The notes below the pieces were generated by a model. It worked only from the letters and a program-made list of their open reading frames with translations, was not told the origin of the DNA and did not search any database. The position numbers were made by a program, and so were the translations under genes. Source: Spirochaetes bacterium GWB1_60_80 (GTDB taxonomy: Bacteria; Spirochaetota; Spirochaetia; Treponematales; UBA12059). Taken from it: 64,000 nucleotides of DNA. Below are positions 25,723-34,131 of this stretch, in pieces; the first letter of the stretch is position 1; the number at the start of each line of letters is the position of its first letter. The stretch covers positions 80,133 to 144,132 of the forward strand of contig MIAR01000032.1 in NCBI GenBank assembly GCA_001829185.1, read 5' to 3'.

Positions 25723-27621
25723 TCAAGGCGCGGACCCGTCACCGTTGGCCGGGCTGGCAGCGCCGCTTGGGTCGCGCACTGTCCCCTGCGCAGCCGCCTG
25801 AACCGCCGCTAGTGCCGCTAGTGCCGCGGCCTGGACGGCGCTGGCCACCGCCACCGGCAGTCCAGCCGATTTGGCCAGATATTCCGGCGCGGCCTCGGCC
25901 ACGGCGGCCAGCGAGCCGAAGCGCTCCATGATGGCCCTGGCCTTGGCCGGACCGATGCCCTTGATGCCTTCCAGCACGCCGAAACGCGTCGCCGCCTTGC
26001 CGCGCAGGCGCTGGTTCATGCCGGTGGCGAAACGATGCGTCTCGTCGCGCACCGCTACCGCCAGGCGCAGGGCCGGCGAGTCGTGGGCCAGGATGATCGG
26101 CCGGCTAGCGCCATACGGCCATAACTCTTCGTTTTCCTTGGCTAGGCCGACGATCGGCAGCTCCAGCCCCAGGGCGGCGATGATGTCGTGCACGGCGTTG
26201 ACCTGGCCGCGGCCGCCGTCGATCAGCAGCAGGTCGGGGATCGGCTGGTCCTCGTTCACTAGGCGGGTGAAGTGGCGGGCGGTGGCTTCGCGCATGGCGC
26301 CGAAATCGTCGATGCCGCCCTCCAGGCTGCGGATCTTGAAGATGCGATAGTTTTTCTTGTCCGGGATACCCTGGCGGAAGGTGACCAGCGAGGCCACCGA
26401 GTGCTTGCCCGACAGCTGGGCGATGTCGAAACCCTGGATCAGGTCCGGCAAGCTCTCCAGTCCGAGCGCCGCCCGCATGGCCTCCAGCGCCTCCAGGTCG
26501 CCGGATTCGCGGCGGCGGCGGGCGATGTCTTCGCGGGCGTTGTGGGTGGCCATGGCCATGGCGGCGCTGTGCCGGCGCTCGGCCGGCAGGCTGAGGGCGG
26601 TGTCGCTACCCAACTCGCGCCGGAAGTACTCGCTGGCCAGTTCCAAACCGCTGTCGTCGCGCACGAAAACTACCGGCGGCGGCCGGCGCTCCGCCGTGTA
26701 GTAGGCCGGAATGAAGCTGAGCACCGCCTCGGCTACCGTGCCGTAGCAACGCTCGCGGAACAGGTCGCGGCCGACCAGCTTGCCTGAGCGCGCCTGGAAG
26801 ACGACGAAGGTTATCAGGCTGCCGTCGGCTTGCCAGGCGACATAGTCGCGGTCGCCGTCCGAGAAATCTTCCATGGCGCTGTCGGCCCGGAAATGCTGGA
26901 TGGCCTGGATGGCGTCGCGCAACTCGGCTGCCCGTTCGAAAAGGCGTTCTTCGGCCGCGGCCAGCATCTCGGCCTGCAGGTCGGCCAGCAACTGGTCGGT
27001 GGCGCCGGACAGCAGGGCGGCCACCCGGTCGACGATGGCCGCGTAGTCGGCCTGGCTGATCTTGCCGACGCAGGGCGCCTTGCAGCGGCCGATATGGTAA
27101 TACATGCAGGGCGCCTTGTGCGCCTTGATGTTCTGGCAGCGCCGCAGCGGAAACAGCTTGCGGATCAGGTCGATATATTTGTCCAGCACCTCGGTGCCCG
27201 GGTAAGGCCCGAAGTAACGGCTACCGTCGTTGATGATGCGCCGCGTCCGGAAGAGGCGCGGGAATTCCTCGTTGGTGATGCGGATCGACGGGTAGGTCTT
27301 GCCGTCCTTCAGCATGATATTGTAACGCGGCGCGTGCCGCTTGATGAGATTGTTCTCGAGCAGCAGCGCCTCGTATTCGGTGTCGGTGTGGATCCACTCC
27401 AGCGTGCGGGCGCGCGCCACCAGATGCCGCGTCTTAACGTCGCGCTTGCCGGCGAAATAGGAGTTCAGCCGGTTCTTGAGCGACTTGGCCTTGCCGACGT
27501 AAATGATGACCGCCGCCTCGTCCTTCCAGAGGTAGACCCCGGAATGGTCAGGCGCGCCGCGGGCCGTATCGCGGAGCTGCTGCAGGCTGTCGGCTGGTTG
27601 ATCGGCTGGACTGTCGCTCAT
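25723..27621 (-). CDS. uvrC: Excinuclease ABC subunit C
   Basis: GIY-YIG start (SGVYLWKDEAAVIIYVGKAKSLKNRLNSY), UVR domain, RNase H-like and HhH regions. Ala-rich C-terminal tail. Start ATG 27621 (or GTG 27639). Confidence 0.9.
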   Translation of the reverse strand: MSDSPADQPADSLQQLRDTARGAPDHSGVYLWKDEAAVIIYVGKAKSLKNRLNSYFAGKRDVKTRHLVARARTLEWIHTDTEYEALLLENNLIKRHAPRYNIMLKDGKTYPSIRITNEEFPRLFRTRRIINDGSRYFGPYPGTEVLDKYIDLIRKLFPLRRCQNIKAHKAPCMYYHIGRCKAPCVGKISQADYAAIVDRVAALLSGATDQLLADLQAEMLAAAEERLFERAAELRDAIQAIQHFRADSAMEDFSDGDRDYVAWQADGSLITFVVFQARSGKLVGRDLFRERCYGTVAEAVLSFIPAYYTAERRPPPVVFVRDDSGLELASEYFRRELGSDTALSLPAERRHSAAMAMATHNAREDIARRRRESGDLEALEAMRAALGLESLPDLIQGFDIAQLSGKHSVASLVTFRQGIPDKKNYRIFKIRSLEGGIDDFGAMREATARHFTRLVNEDQPIPDLLLIDGGRGQVNAVHDIIAALGLELPIVGLAKENEELWPYGASRPIILAHDSPALRLAVAVRDETHRFATGMNQRLRGKAATRFGVLEGIKGIGPAKARAIMERFGSLAAVAEAAPEYLAKSAGLPVAVASAVQAAALAALAAVQAAAQGTVRDPSGAASPANGDGSAP

Positions 27622-27790
27622 CGTAGTTAAAAGATACACCGAAACCGCGCGAATGTGGAGGGGCGAAGCTTGGTAAGTCGTTTGGGCGTGTCCCCCCGTC
27701 CGCGCGCGGCCGGGGCCGGGCTGTCCGCTCCAAGTCCTCGATCCGGGCTAAGGCCCGGACCTGCGGGCTTTCCGCTACCATCCCTCACGC

Positions 27791-27800
27791 GGGGGGGGGG
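27791..27800. repeat. Homopolymeric G10 tract (C10 on the minus strand)
   Basis: Ten consecutive G directly adjacent to the hairpin AGCTGG-atagtg-CCAGCT (27801-27818). It lies 25 nt past the stop of the remnant gene and 170 nt upstream of uvrC. Confidence 0.9.
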
Positions 27801-27825
27801 AGCTGGATAGTGCCAGCTGAAGCAT

Positions 27826-29044
27826 TCAGGGCTGGCGGGTTAGAACGTAGGCTTCACTGCTAAATTCAGTTGGTCTGGCTTCACCAGGGGCAGCGAACTC
27901 GAAGCGGAATATGCTGCCTTCTAGACTATAGATTCCGTATACCAGACTGCCATCTTGGATAGTCAGGTCGATGCTGCCACTCGAAGCATTGTAGTTTTCC
28001 AGTTCGAAGGGGAAAATGGCGCCTTCGAAGATGCTATTACCTATGTCCGCACGCTTCAAAAACAGACAATTTCGTAAAACAACCAATTCTATATCGAATG
28101 TGCCTAGATTACCAGTGTAGGTTCCGTCGAGCAAAGCGGTTTGGGATAGCGGCTGGCTGTAGTTGCTAGGGGTATACAGTTCCCGTGTATAAACGTAGGT
28201 ATATGTAGACCTATCTGAAATCGATCCATCTGGATTATAAATGGATGATTGGAGAGTAAAATCATAACCATTTGGAGCATAAGTAAATATATCAGAATAA
28301 CTTAGCAGGGTGTTGAAAAACGCGAATGCGGCTTTTCAACACTTCAAAAGCCGGTACAATTACGCAGCATAGCGCAAGCTATGCGAGGAATTGTTAAGGT
28401 TGTTGAGAAAGCAACCGGCTTTTTCAACAACCTGTTAGTGACGTCCTGGCTTCATCGATGTACGTTTTATTCTCTATCAATTCCCCAGCACTGTTGAAAA
28501 CCTGAGATGAATAGGAAGTCGTCCCAGATAGTGATGTGGTCGTATAACTAGTTAGATTACCATCTGCATCATAAATTTCATCTGAGTAAGTAGATTGACC
28601 AAGATAGGCGAAATTACCGGTAGGGGATAAGCCTGAGGTATATGAAAAACTAATTTTTGTGCCTTGTTCATTATAGTGGTACCAATATGAAGTGTTGATA
28701 TTTGGTGGCACCGTACTTGTTACTCGGTTCAAGGTTATTTTCGTCGTACCCTCTGTATTGCTCAAAAAAGTAGTGACTCTGGTAATACCATTCTTAACAC
28801 GAGTGTAGCCTGATCTAATTCCTGTTCCAGTTGAAGGATAGGTATAGCTCATTGTGTATGTGATTGTGGGTTCTTCATTTCTTTGTTCAGTAACCGTACA
28901 GGCGGTGCTTCGGTAACGGGGGTTTGCTGTAAAACTGGCGCTGACGCTAAGATTCGCGGTTATAGTAATCGTCGTCGTTGCTTCTGTGGCGCTTATGCCA
29001 GTCCAGTTACCGAAGCTATAATCTGCGTCCGGGGTTGCTGCCGT
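27826..29044 (-). pseudogene. Remnant of a large surface protein gene (InlB B-repeat-like segment, YD-type repeats, TIGR03067-like C-terminal domain), 5-prime truncated and split by a MITE
   Basis: The minus frame is stop-free from 29044 and has no usable start before M at 28852. Motifs: DADYSFGNWTG...ITITANLSVSASF; IYDADGNLTSYT, VFNSAGELIENKTY, IYNPDGSISDRSTY; C-terminus IDLTIQDGSLVYGIYSLEGSIFRFEFAAPGEARPTEF. Interrupted at 28305-28435. Confidence 0.65.
28305..28435. mobile_element. 131-bp miniature inverted-repeat transposable element with a TA target duplication
   Basis: Ends GCAGGGTGTTGAAAAACGCG... and (reverse complement) ACAGGTTGTTGAAAAAGCCG... match 14/16 over the first 16 nt. Each end is itself a hairpin. 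Central GCATAGC-GCAA-GCTATGC stem-loop (28367-28384). TA at 28303-28304 and 28436-28437. Removal restores the host reading frame. Confidence 0.75.
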
Positions 29045-29090
29045 TCAAGGGACAGACCCCGATAACGGTATTGCGGCGCGGGGTCCGACT

Positions 29091-30096
29091 TCAGGGGAGT
29101 GTGAACAAGCGGTCGAGGTACTCAAGGAACTGCCTCCAGGGTAGCACTCGGGCAAAGTCCAGCGGGAAGGGTTCGGGGGCGGTGCACACCACCAGGCACG
29201 GCACGTCAGGATTATCTTCCCGGAAGGAGCGCAGGCCGGAGAGGTCAGCGCTGCTGACCTCTCCGGCTTTTGAACTCGATGGCCAGCGCCAAGAGACCGT
29301 TCAATTCCACTAACAGGTCAACCTCGGCGCCGTTGTTGGTACGCCAATAATAGAGGGCGGCGTCGGCCTGGGCGTAGTCGATGCGCCGTCTGGTTTCCTG
29401 CACGAAGAATTGCTCAAAGAGCCGTCCACGAAAGACCGGATCGAGCTGGCCGGCCAGATGATGGGTCAGACTACAGGTAACGCCGTTGTCGAAGAGGTAG
29501 AACTTGGGATGGCTGACCAGGCGTTTGAGCGGGCTTTTGGTCCAGGCCGGCAGACGTAAGGCGATGAGGGTGTCTTCCAGCACTTCGAAATAGGATTGTA
29601 CGGTGCGCGCCGGCAAGGCGGCTTCGCGCGATAAGGCGCTGGTATTGAGGATATCCCCACAGTAAGCACCTACCAAGTCCAGGAAACGGGTAAAGCCACC
29701 CAGGTTGCGCACCAAACCTTCGAGTTGGATTTCTTCGCGCAGGTAGATTTCCACGTAGCCTTTGAGCGTATCGCGGCGCTCGGCTGGCGCCAGGCCGAGC
29801 AGAGGTGGCAGGGTACCCCATTGCAAGGCGGTATCCAGGTCGAACACTGCGCCCAGTTCCCGAACCGTGAAGGGATGCAGGCGGCGTAGCAAGGCCCGAC
29901 CGCCCAGCAGGTTAGCGCCGCCCCGCTTCAGCTTGCGAGCGCTGGAGCCGGATAATATGAAACGGGCGGAGCTACTTTCCAACAAAGCATGAACCTCGTC
30001 GAGCAGGGCTGGTGCCGGGCGACGCGGTTCTGATAGCACAGCTCCTCTATCATTATTGAGCATCTCTTTGTCATTAGGTTGACTTAGCCATACCAT
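29091..30096 (-). pseudogene. DUF4143-type AAA ATPase, N-terminally truncated (no Walker A) and frameshifted near the C-terminus
   Basis: PALLDEVHALLESSSARFILSGSSARKLKRGGANLLGGRA...VSHPKFYLFDNGV...YYWRTNNGAEVDLL...AIEFKS, then a premature stop at 29245. The family-typical C-terminus (GEVSSADLSGLRSFREDNPDVPCLVVC...LPWRQFLEYL) continues in another frame to the stop at 29091. Confidence 0.7.
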
Positions 30097-30112
30097 GGAC
30101 TATTTTCATGGT

Positions 30113-30335
30113 ATGATAGTAGTCACTATACATGAAGCCAAAACCAATTTTTCAAAATTTGGTGATCGCGTTCATGGCGGTGAAGAGGTCCTGGTCGCTA
30201 AAGCAGGAAGCCCTGGGCCCGCTTGGTTCCGCTGGAAACTCAGCCAGAACGGGTTCCCGGTCGCTATCGAGACGGCCCTGGAAAGAGCTTTTATGACCCC
30301 TTCCCGACAATGAGTTAAAGGCTTGGGAGGCATGA
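30113..30335 (+). pseudogene. Phd/YefM-type antitoxin with two 1-nt deletions
   Basis: MIVVTIHEAKTNFSKFGDRVHGGEEVLVAKAGSP in frame A. ARLVPLETQPERVPG in frame B after a deletion near 30215. DPLPDNELKAWEA-stop in frame C after loss of one C in the run at 30297-30300. TGA 30333-30335 overlaps the toxin ATG. Confidence 0.65.
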
Positions 30336-30718
30336 AAGGCATACTCGATACCGGCGCTTTGTTGTGGTGGTGGAGCGATCCAACTAGTCTCTCCAAACGC
30401 GTACTTGCGCTCATAAAAAATCTGGAGAACCAGTTTTTTGTCAGTGCAACATCGGGCTAGGAAGTCGCCACCAAATACCGAATTGGCCAGTATCCCAATG
30501 GAAGCCAGGTTGTTGCGGAATGGGAAAAGCGCTTGCAGGAAGATGGATTCAAGGAGCTACCGATTGGCTTCAGTCAGGCCTTGAAAACTGGTACCCTGCC
30601 CGGCTATCACCGGAATCCCTTTGATCGCATGATTGCGGCTCAAGCCATGATTACTGGCATGCCTGTTGTCACCAGCGATCCTGAAATCGGGGGTCTAGGA
30701 GCTGAAGTTCTTTGGTAA
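30332..30718 (+). pseudogene. VapC-type PIN-domain toxin with an in-frame TAG at codon 43
   Basis: MKGILDTGALLWWW... then VSATSG-TAG(30458-30460)-EVATKYRIGQ, where the family has SAxSxWEIxIK (TGG to TAG). C-terminus HRNPFDRMIAAQAMITGMPVVTSDPEI is typical of VapC. Confidence 0.65.
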
Positions 30719-30971
30719 TAATTTTCTTCTAGGCTTGTCCACGATCTTTTGCACCGAAAAGCAAAGAGCTAGGATCGGTGCTTACCGGAAGGACAATATC
30801 AGTTGGTGATGGAGTATACAGTTTTCCGAGGAAAAAGGACTGTTGATTGCACAGCTCCACGATTATTACTGAGCACTATTTCTAGTGTGGGGTTAGATCA
30901 CCAACCAGCGACGGACGTAAGGTCGAACTTCATGGGAGTTGCATCGACAGCCGCGCGCGGTGCTCTCCTGG

Positions 30972-31823
30972 TTACTTGATATCCGTTGTTTCCGGACGCA
31001 AGGACTCAGGTTGGAATGTTTTTTCTGGGCCGTGATACGGTGCACCACGACGCACTTGATGTGACTTGCCCTCGAACAGAACAGCTTGTACCGGACAATA
31101 GTTGTAGCAGCGCATACAGAATGTGCATTTGTTGTCAAGTTGGTAGCTGCTAGCCACTGGACGGATATTATTGGCCGGACAGAGTCGCCAGCACCGGCCG
31201 CAGGCTGTACAGCGCGCGTTGTCTATTGCAAGATAATCGCGGCGTTTGCCGAAGGCTTTCTGGTATGGTAACCTTTGTAGCAGTCCCAGGCCCCGGGAGA
31301 ACCAGCCAGCGCCTTGCCGCCATGGCTTACCGATGATAACCATCGACGCCAGCCAGGTTAGTCTTTTTTTTGCCCGTTTTAGGTACGGCAAGATGTGTTT
31401 TGGATCATTGCTGAAGGGAAAAGGGCTGCCTGGTATGCACAGGTTGTTTGGCATGTTGACGTGTAGAGCCCAGTCCACCTCCCAGCCTTTTGCTGCTAGT
31501 TCTGGTGCCGCTACCATGGCGCCGTCTCCGGAAAAAGCGAGTTGGCTGCAAAAAAGTAGCGCTCGGCGTTGCGAATTCTGGTTTGGTGGCAAGTCGTTTG
31601 CCATGAAATCCTTCATCGGCTGGGGTAGGTCCGAGCCGTACACTGGCCAGGCTAGTGCGACCAAATCGGCAGTCGCCACCAGGCGGGCGGTGGTTGTGGC
31701 TGTTACTTGCTCGATGCTGACGGCCTGGCTCGGACAGCCTTTCTCGGTAAGCAGACGGCAGAAAGTTGTCGCGCACCACCAGGTGTTGCCGGTACCGGAG
31801 AAATAAAACAGCACGCAGCGCAT
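30972..31823 (-). CDS. Flavodoxin-like domain fused to a 2x[4Fe-4S] ferredoxin domain (EFR1-type)
   Basis: N-terminus MRCVLFYFSGTGNTWWCA. C-terminus CTACGRCWRLCP and CTFCMRCYNYCP. SD AGGAGG. Confidence 0.7.
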   Translation of the reverse strand: MRCVLFYFSGTGNTWWCATTFCRLLTEKGCPSQAVSIEQVTATTTARLVATADLVALAWPVYGSDLPQPMKDFMANDLPPNQNSQRRALLFCSQLAFSGDGAMVAAPELAAKGWEVDWALHVNMPNNLCIPGSPFPFSNDPKHILPYLKRAKKRLTWLASMVIIGKPWRQGAGWFSRGLGLLQRLPYQKAFGKRRDYLAIDNARCTACGRCWRLCPANNIRPVASSYQLDNKCTFCMRCYNYCPVQAVLFEGKSHQVRRGAPYHGPEKTFQPESLRPETTDIK

Positions 31824-32062
31824 ACTATCCTCCTGTTGGTTTTAGTATAGGCCAAAGCTGGTTGCTTGCAAGTTGTCTTTGGCTGACAGCGCTAAAGTAC
31901 TCAGTGTGTCTGACCCCACCTCCATCGACATCCCAACACCTAGTAACTCTACTCAGCCAGCCTATCCACCCCGCGCTGCAAGCCGCCATACCACCCCATC
32001 CTGCGGCGCAAAATAATCAAACCCCGCACCAGCTTACCACCGGATGCCGCGACTCGCGCGGC

Positions 32063-32096
32063 CACAGATGGCCAAGCGATAAGCTGGCCATCTGTG
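32063..32096. repeat. Perfect 12-bp inverted repeat in a 350-nt non-coding spacer
   Basis: CACAGATGGCCA-agcgataagc-TGGCCATCTGTG. No adjacent T-run on either strand. Confidence 0.8.
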
Positions 32097-32173
32097 AAAG
32101 TGCCAGGACCCGCGAATGCAACGTCCATGAACAAGCCCTTCGCCGTATTTATTTCTATTCAGCTATTTGGATG

Positions 32174-33835
32174 TTAGGCTCGCTCTGCTGCCAGATCAAT
32201 CAACGCCTGGGCCACGTGGTAGATGTGACGGTTGATGCGGTTGTAGTGGTTTAAAAGGTCCATGTGGATTTCTGTGGTTTCTATGGAAACTTGTTGGCCG
32301 GCGTTGAGGCGCTCGAAGTGGTGGTGGCGGAAGGCTTGCTGCTTTTCCCAGCAGGCGGCGGCCTTGGCCAAGAGGTCGCGGGCGCCGGCCGGGTCGTCGC
32401 TATTTAAGGCTTGCATGACCGTGCGGAAATTGTCGCGGATGATGAGCTTCAGTTCGCCAATCTCGACCAGGCCAATTGTTGAGAGGTGCAGGTTCTTGTT
32501 GACCAGTTTTTTAGCCCGATCCAGGATATTGCGCTCGATGACGTCGGCCAGGTTTTCCAGCTCGGTGGTGATGGACAGGTAACTGACCTGCAGGCGGCTC
32601 TGCTCCTGGCTGATGTCGCGTTGGGCGATTTTGGTCAGGTAGAGGATGATCTCGCGGCGCAGGGTGTCGATCATGCGGTCGCTGGCCTTGATGGCGGCGG
32701 CGGAGCTCAGGTCGCGGCGTTCGAACAGCTCGAAGCTGCGGTCCAGCATGCCCAGGATGATCGGCTCCATGCGCAGCATTTCTTGCTTGACCTGATAGAG
32801 CGCCACCGACGGTTCGGCCAACATCGATTCGTTGAGGTACATGGCGCCGAAGACTTCCTTCGGCGGGGAGGGCGGCACTAGCTTGTTGAAGGCGCGCACG
32901 ATCAACGGCAGCAGCGGCAGGACGACCAGGTGGTTCAGGACCGGCATCAGCGTGTGGGCCATGGCGATCTGGCGCGCCAGGTTGTCGCCGCCGGTCAGCA
33001 GCCGGGTGATGGCCTTGGCCAGGAAGAGGTACAGCCGGTCCTGGCCGACCGGAATATGCAACAGCAGGAAGGTGATGGCCACGCCGATAGTCTGGAAGAC
33101 GACGTGGATGTAGGCGCTGCGCTTGGCCTCGCGGTTCAGGCTCAGGCTGCCCAGGATGGCGGTGGCGCAGGTGCCGATCGAGGCCCCCAGGTTGATGGGC
33201 ACGGCCTGCGCCAGGTTGATGGTACCGGCCATGGCCATGGCGATGACCAGGCCGGTGGTGGCGCCGGAGGATTGGATGATCATGGTAAACAAGAGGCCGG
33301 CCAGGATGCCCAGCCAGGGTTGCTCGATGTGGGCCATGAGATCCAGGAAGGCGACTGAGGCGCGCAGCGGCTCCACTGCCCGGGTCATCATGTTCATGCC
33401 CATGAAGAGCAGGCCAAAACCGAGCACGCTGTCGGCGATATTCTGGAAGCGCTTATTGCGTGTCAGCAAGTGGCCAAAGAAACCGACGGCCACGAACAGC
33501 GTCGCGAACTGAGTGATTTTAGGAAAGGCGAAGAGCTGGCCGAGGAAGGTGGAGCCGAGCTCGGCGCCGAGGGTTACCGCCAGGCTCTGCTGGAAGGTCA
33601 TCAGGCCAGCCCCGACCAGTACGGCCTCCAGCACGGTGGTGGCCGACGAGGACTGGTTGACGATGGTGATGCCGACGCCAGTCAGATAGCCGCGTAGCCG
33701 GGTCTTGGTCAGGCTGAGCATGATGCCGCGCAGCCGGGCGCCGGCCAAGGCGGTGAGATTGTTGTTCATCATGGTCATTCCAAACAGGAAGACGGCCAGG
33801 CCGCCGACTAGATCCAGGTAGCTGTAGATGGTCAT
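32174..33835 (-). CDS. Na/Pi cotransporter family protein with a PhoU-like C-terminal domain
   Basis: 553 aa. N-terminal repeats (GGLAVFLFGMTMMNNNL...; GATTGLVIAMAMAG). Helical C-terminal PhoU-like region. SD AAGGA. Confidence 0.8.
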   Translation of the reverse strand: MTIYSYLDLVGGLAVFLFGMTMMNNNLTALAGARLRGIMLSLTKTRLRGYLTGVGITIVNQSSSATTVLEAVLVGAGLMTFQQSLAVTLGAELGSTFLGQLFAFPKITQFATLFVAVGFFGHLLTRNKRFQNIADSVLGFGLLFMGMNMMTRAVEPLRASVAFLDLMAHIEQPWLGILAGLLFTMIIQSSGATTGLVIAMAMAGTINLAQAVPINLGASIGTCATAILGSLSLNREAKRSAYIHVVFQTIGVAITFLLLHIPVGQDRLYLFLAKAITRLLTGGDNLARQIAMAHTLMPVLNHLVVLPLLPLIVRAFNKLVPPSPPKEVFGAMYLNESMLAEPSVALYQVKQEMLRMEPIILGMLDRSFELFERRDLSSAAAIKASDRMIDTLRREIILYLTKIAQRDISQEQSRLQVSYLSITTELENLADVIERNILDRAKKLVNKNLHLSTIGLVEIGELKLIIRDNFRTVMQALNSDDPAGARDLLAKAAACWEKQQAFRHHHFERLNAGQQVSIETTEIHMDLLNHYNRINRHIYHVAQALIDLAAERA

Positions 33836-34131
33836 GGTGATCCTTGCTCTGTAGTCTAGCCTTTTTCTGCCAACCTGGCAAATGGGTCGCAGTGGTCGAC
33901 GCGGTTGAGGGCTTGGTTGGCCGTCTGGTCACCTAATCGTTTGAGCAAGATAAATTTTACTTCCCGGCTAAATGGCGCTATATTTGAGGCTGTATTTAAT
34001 CCTGTAGCCAACTGCGGACAGGTTGATCGGTTGCCCCGTATGGGGGACCATAGAATTAGCGACCTCGTGGGCTAGAGTCCGGAGGTTCAGGGGCTCTGCG
34101 CCAAAATGCGCGGCGGCTCGGGAGGCAAACC

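Noticed and set aside
27640-27790. GC-rich, hairpin-dense 150 nt upstream of uvrC, examined as a possible tRNA, tmRNA, SRP RNA or riboswitch
   Set aside because: There is no T-loop (GTTCRANYC), no acceptor/CCA geometry, and no conserved core of the RNA families I can recall. The region is left unexplained apart from the G10 tract reported separately.
28853-29044. Possibility that the surface-protein remnant is an intact gene with an upstream start
   Set aside because: Translating the minus strand from the TGA at 29045-29047 down to M 28852 shows no ATG, GTG or TTG codon. The segment abuts the 3-prime end of the ATPase pseudogene.
31766-32254. Track ORF 31766..32254(+) (162 aa) spanning the non-coding spacer
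   Set aside because: The translation is Pro/Gln/His-rich from the C-rich strand. It overlaps the ends of two real minus-strand genes and has no SD or promoter context.
33876-33891. Sigma54-like element TGGCAaatgggTCGCA (GG and GC correctly spaced) facing the hsp20-like gene
   Set aside because: It is a single match 240 nt from the start codon. No enhancer-binding protein gene or upstream activator sites are visible, so it could easily be chance in GC-rich DNA.
33950-34131. Heat-shock control elements (CIRCE, sigma32 -10 CCCCATNT) upstream of the hsp20-like gene
   Set aside because: TTAGCGACC...GCTAGAGTC is not an inverted repeat. CCCCGTAT has no suitably spaced CTTGAA-like -35.
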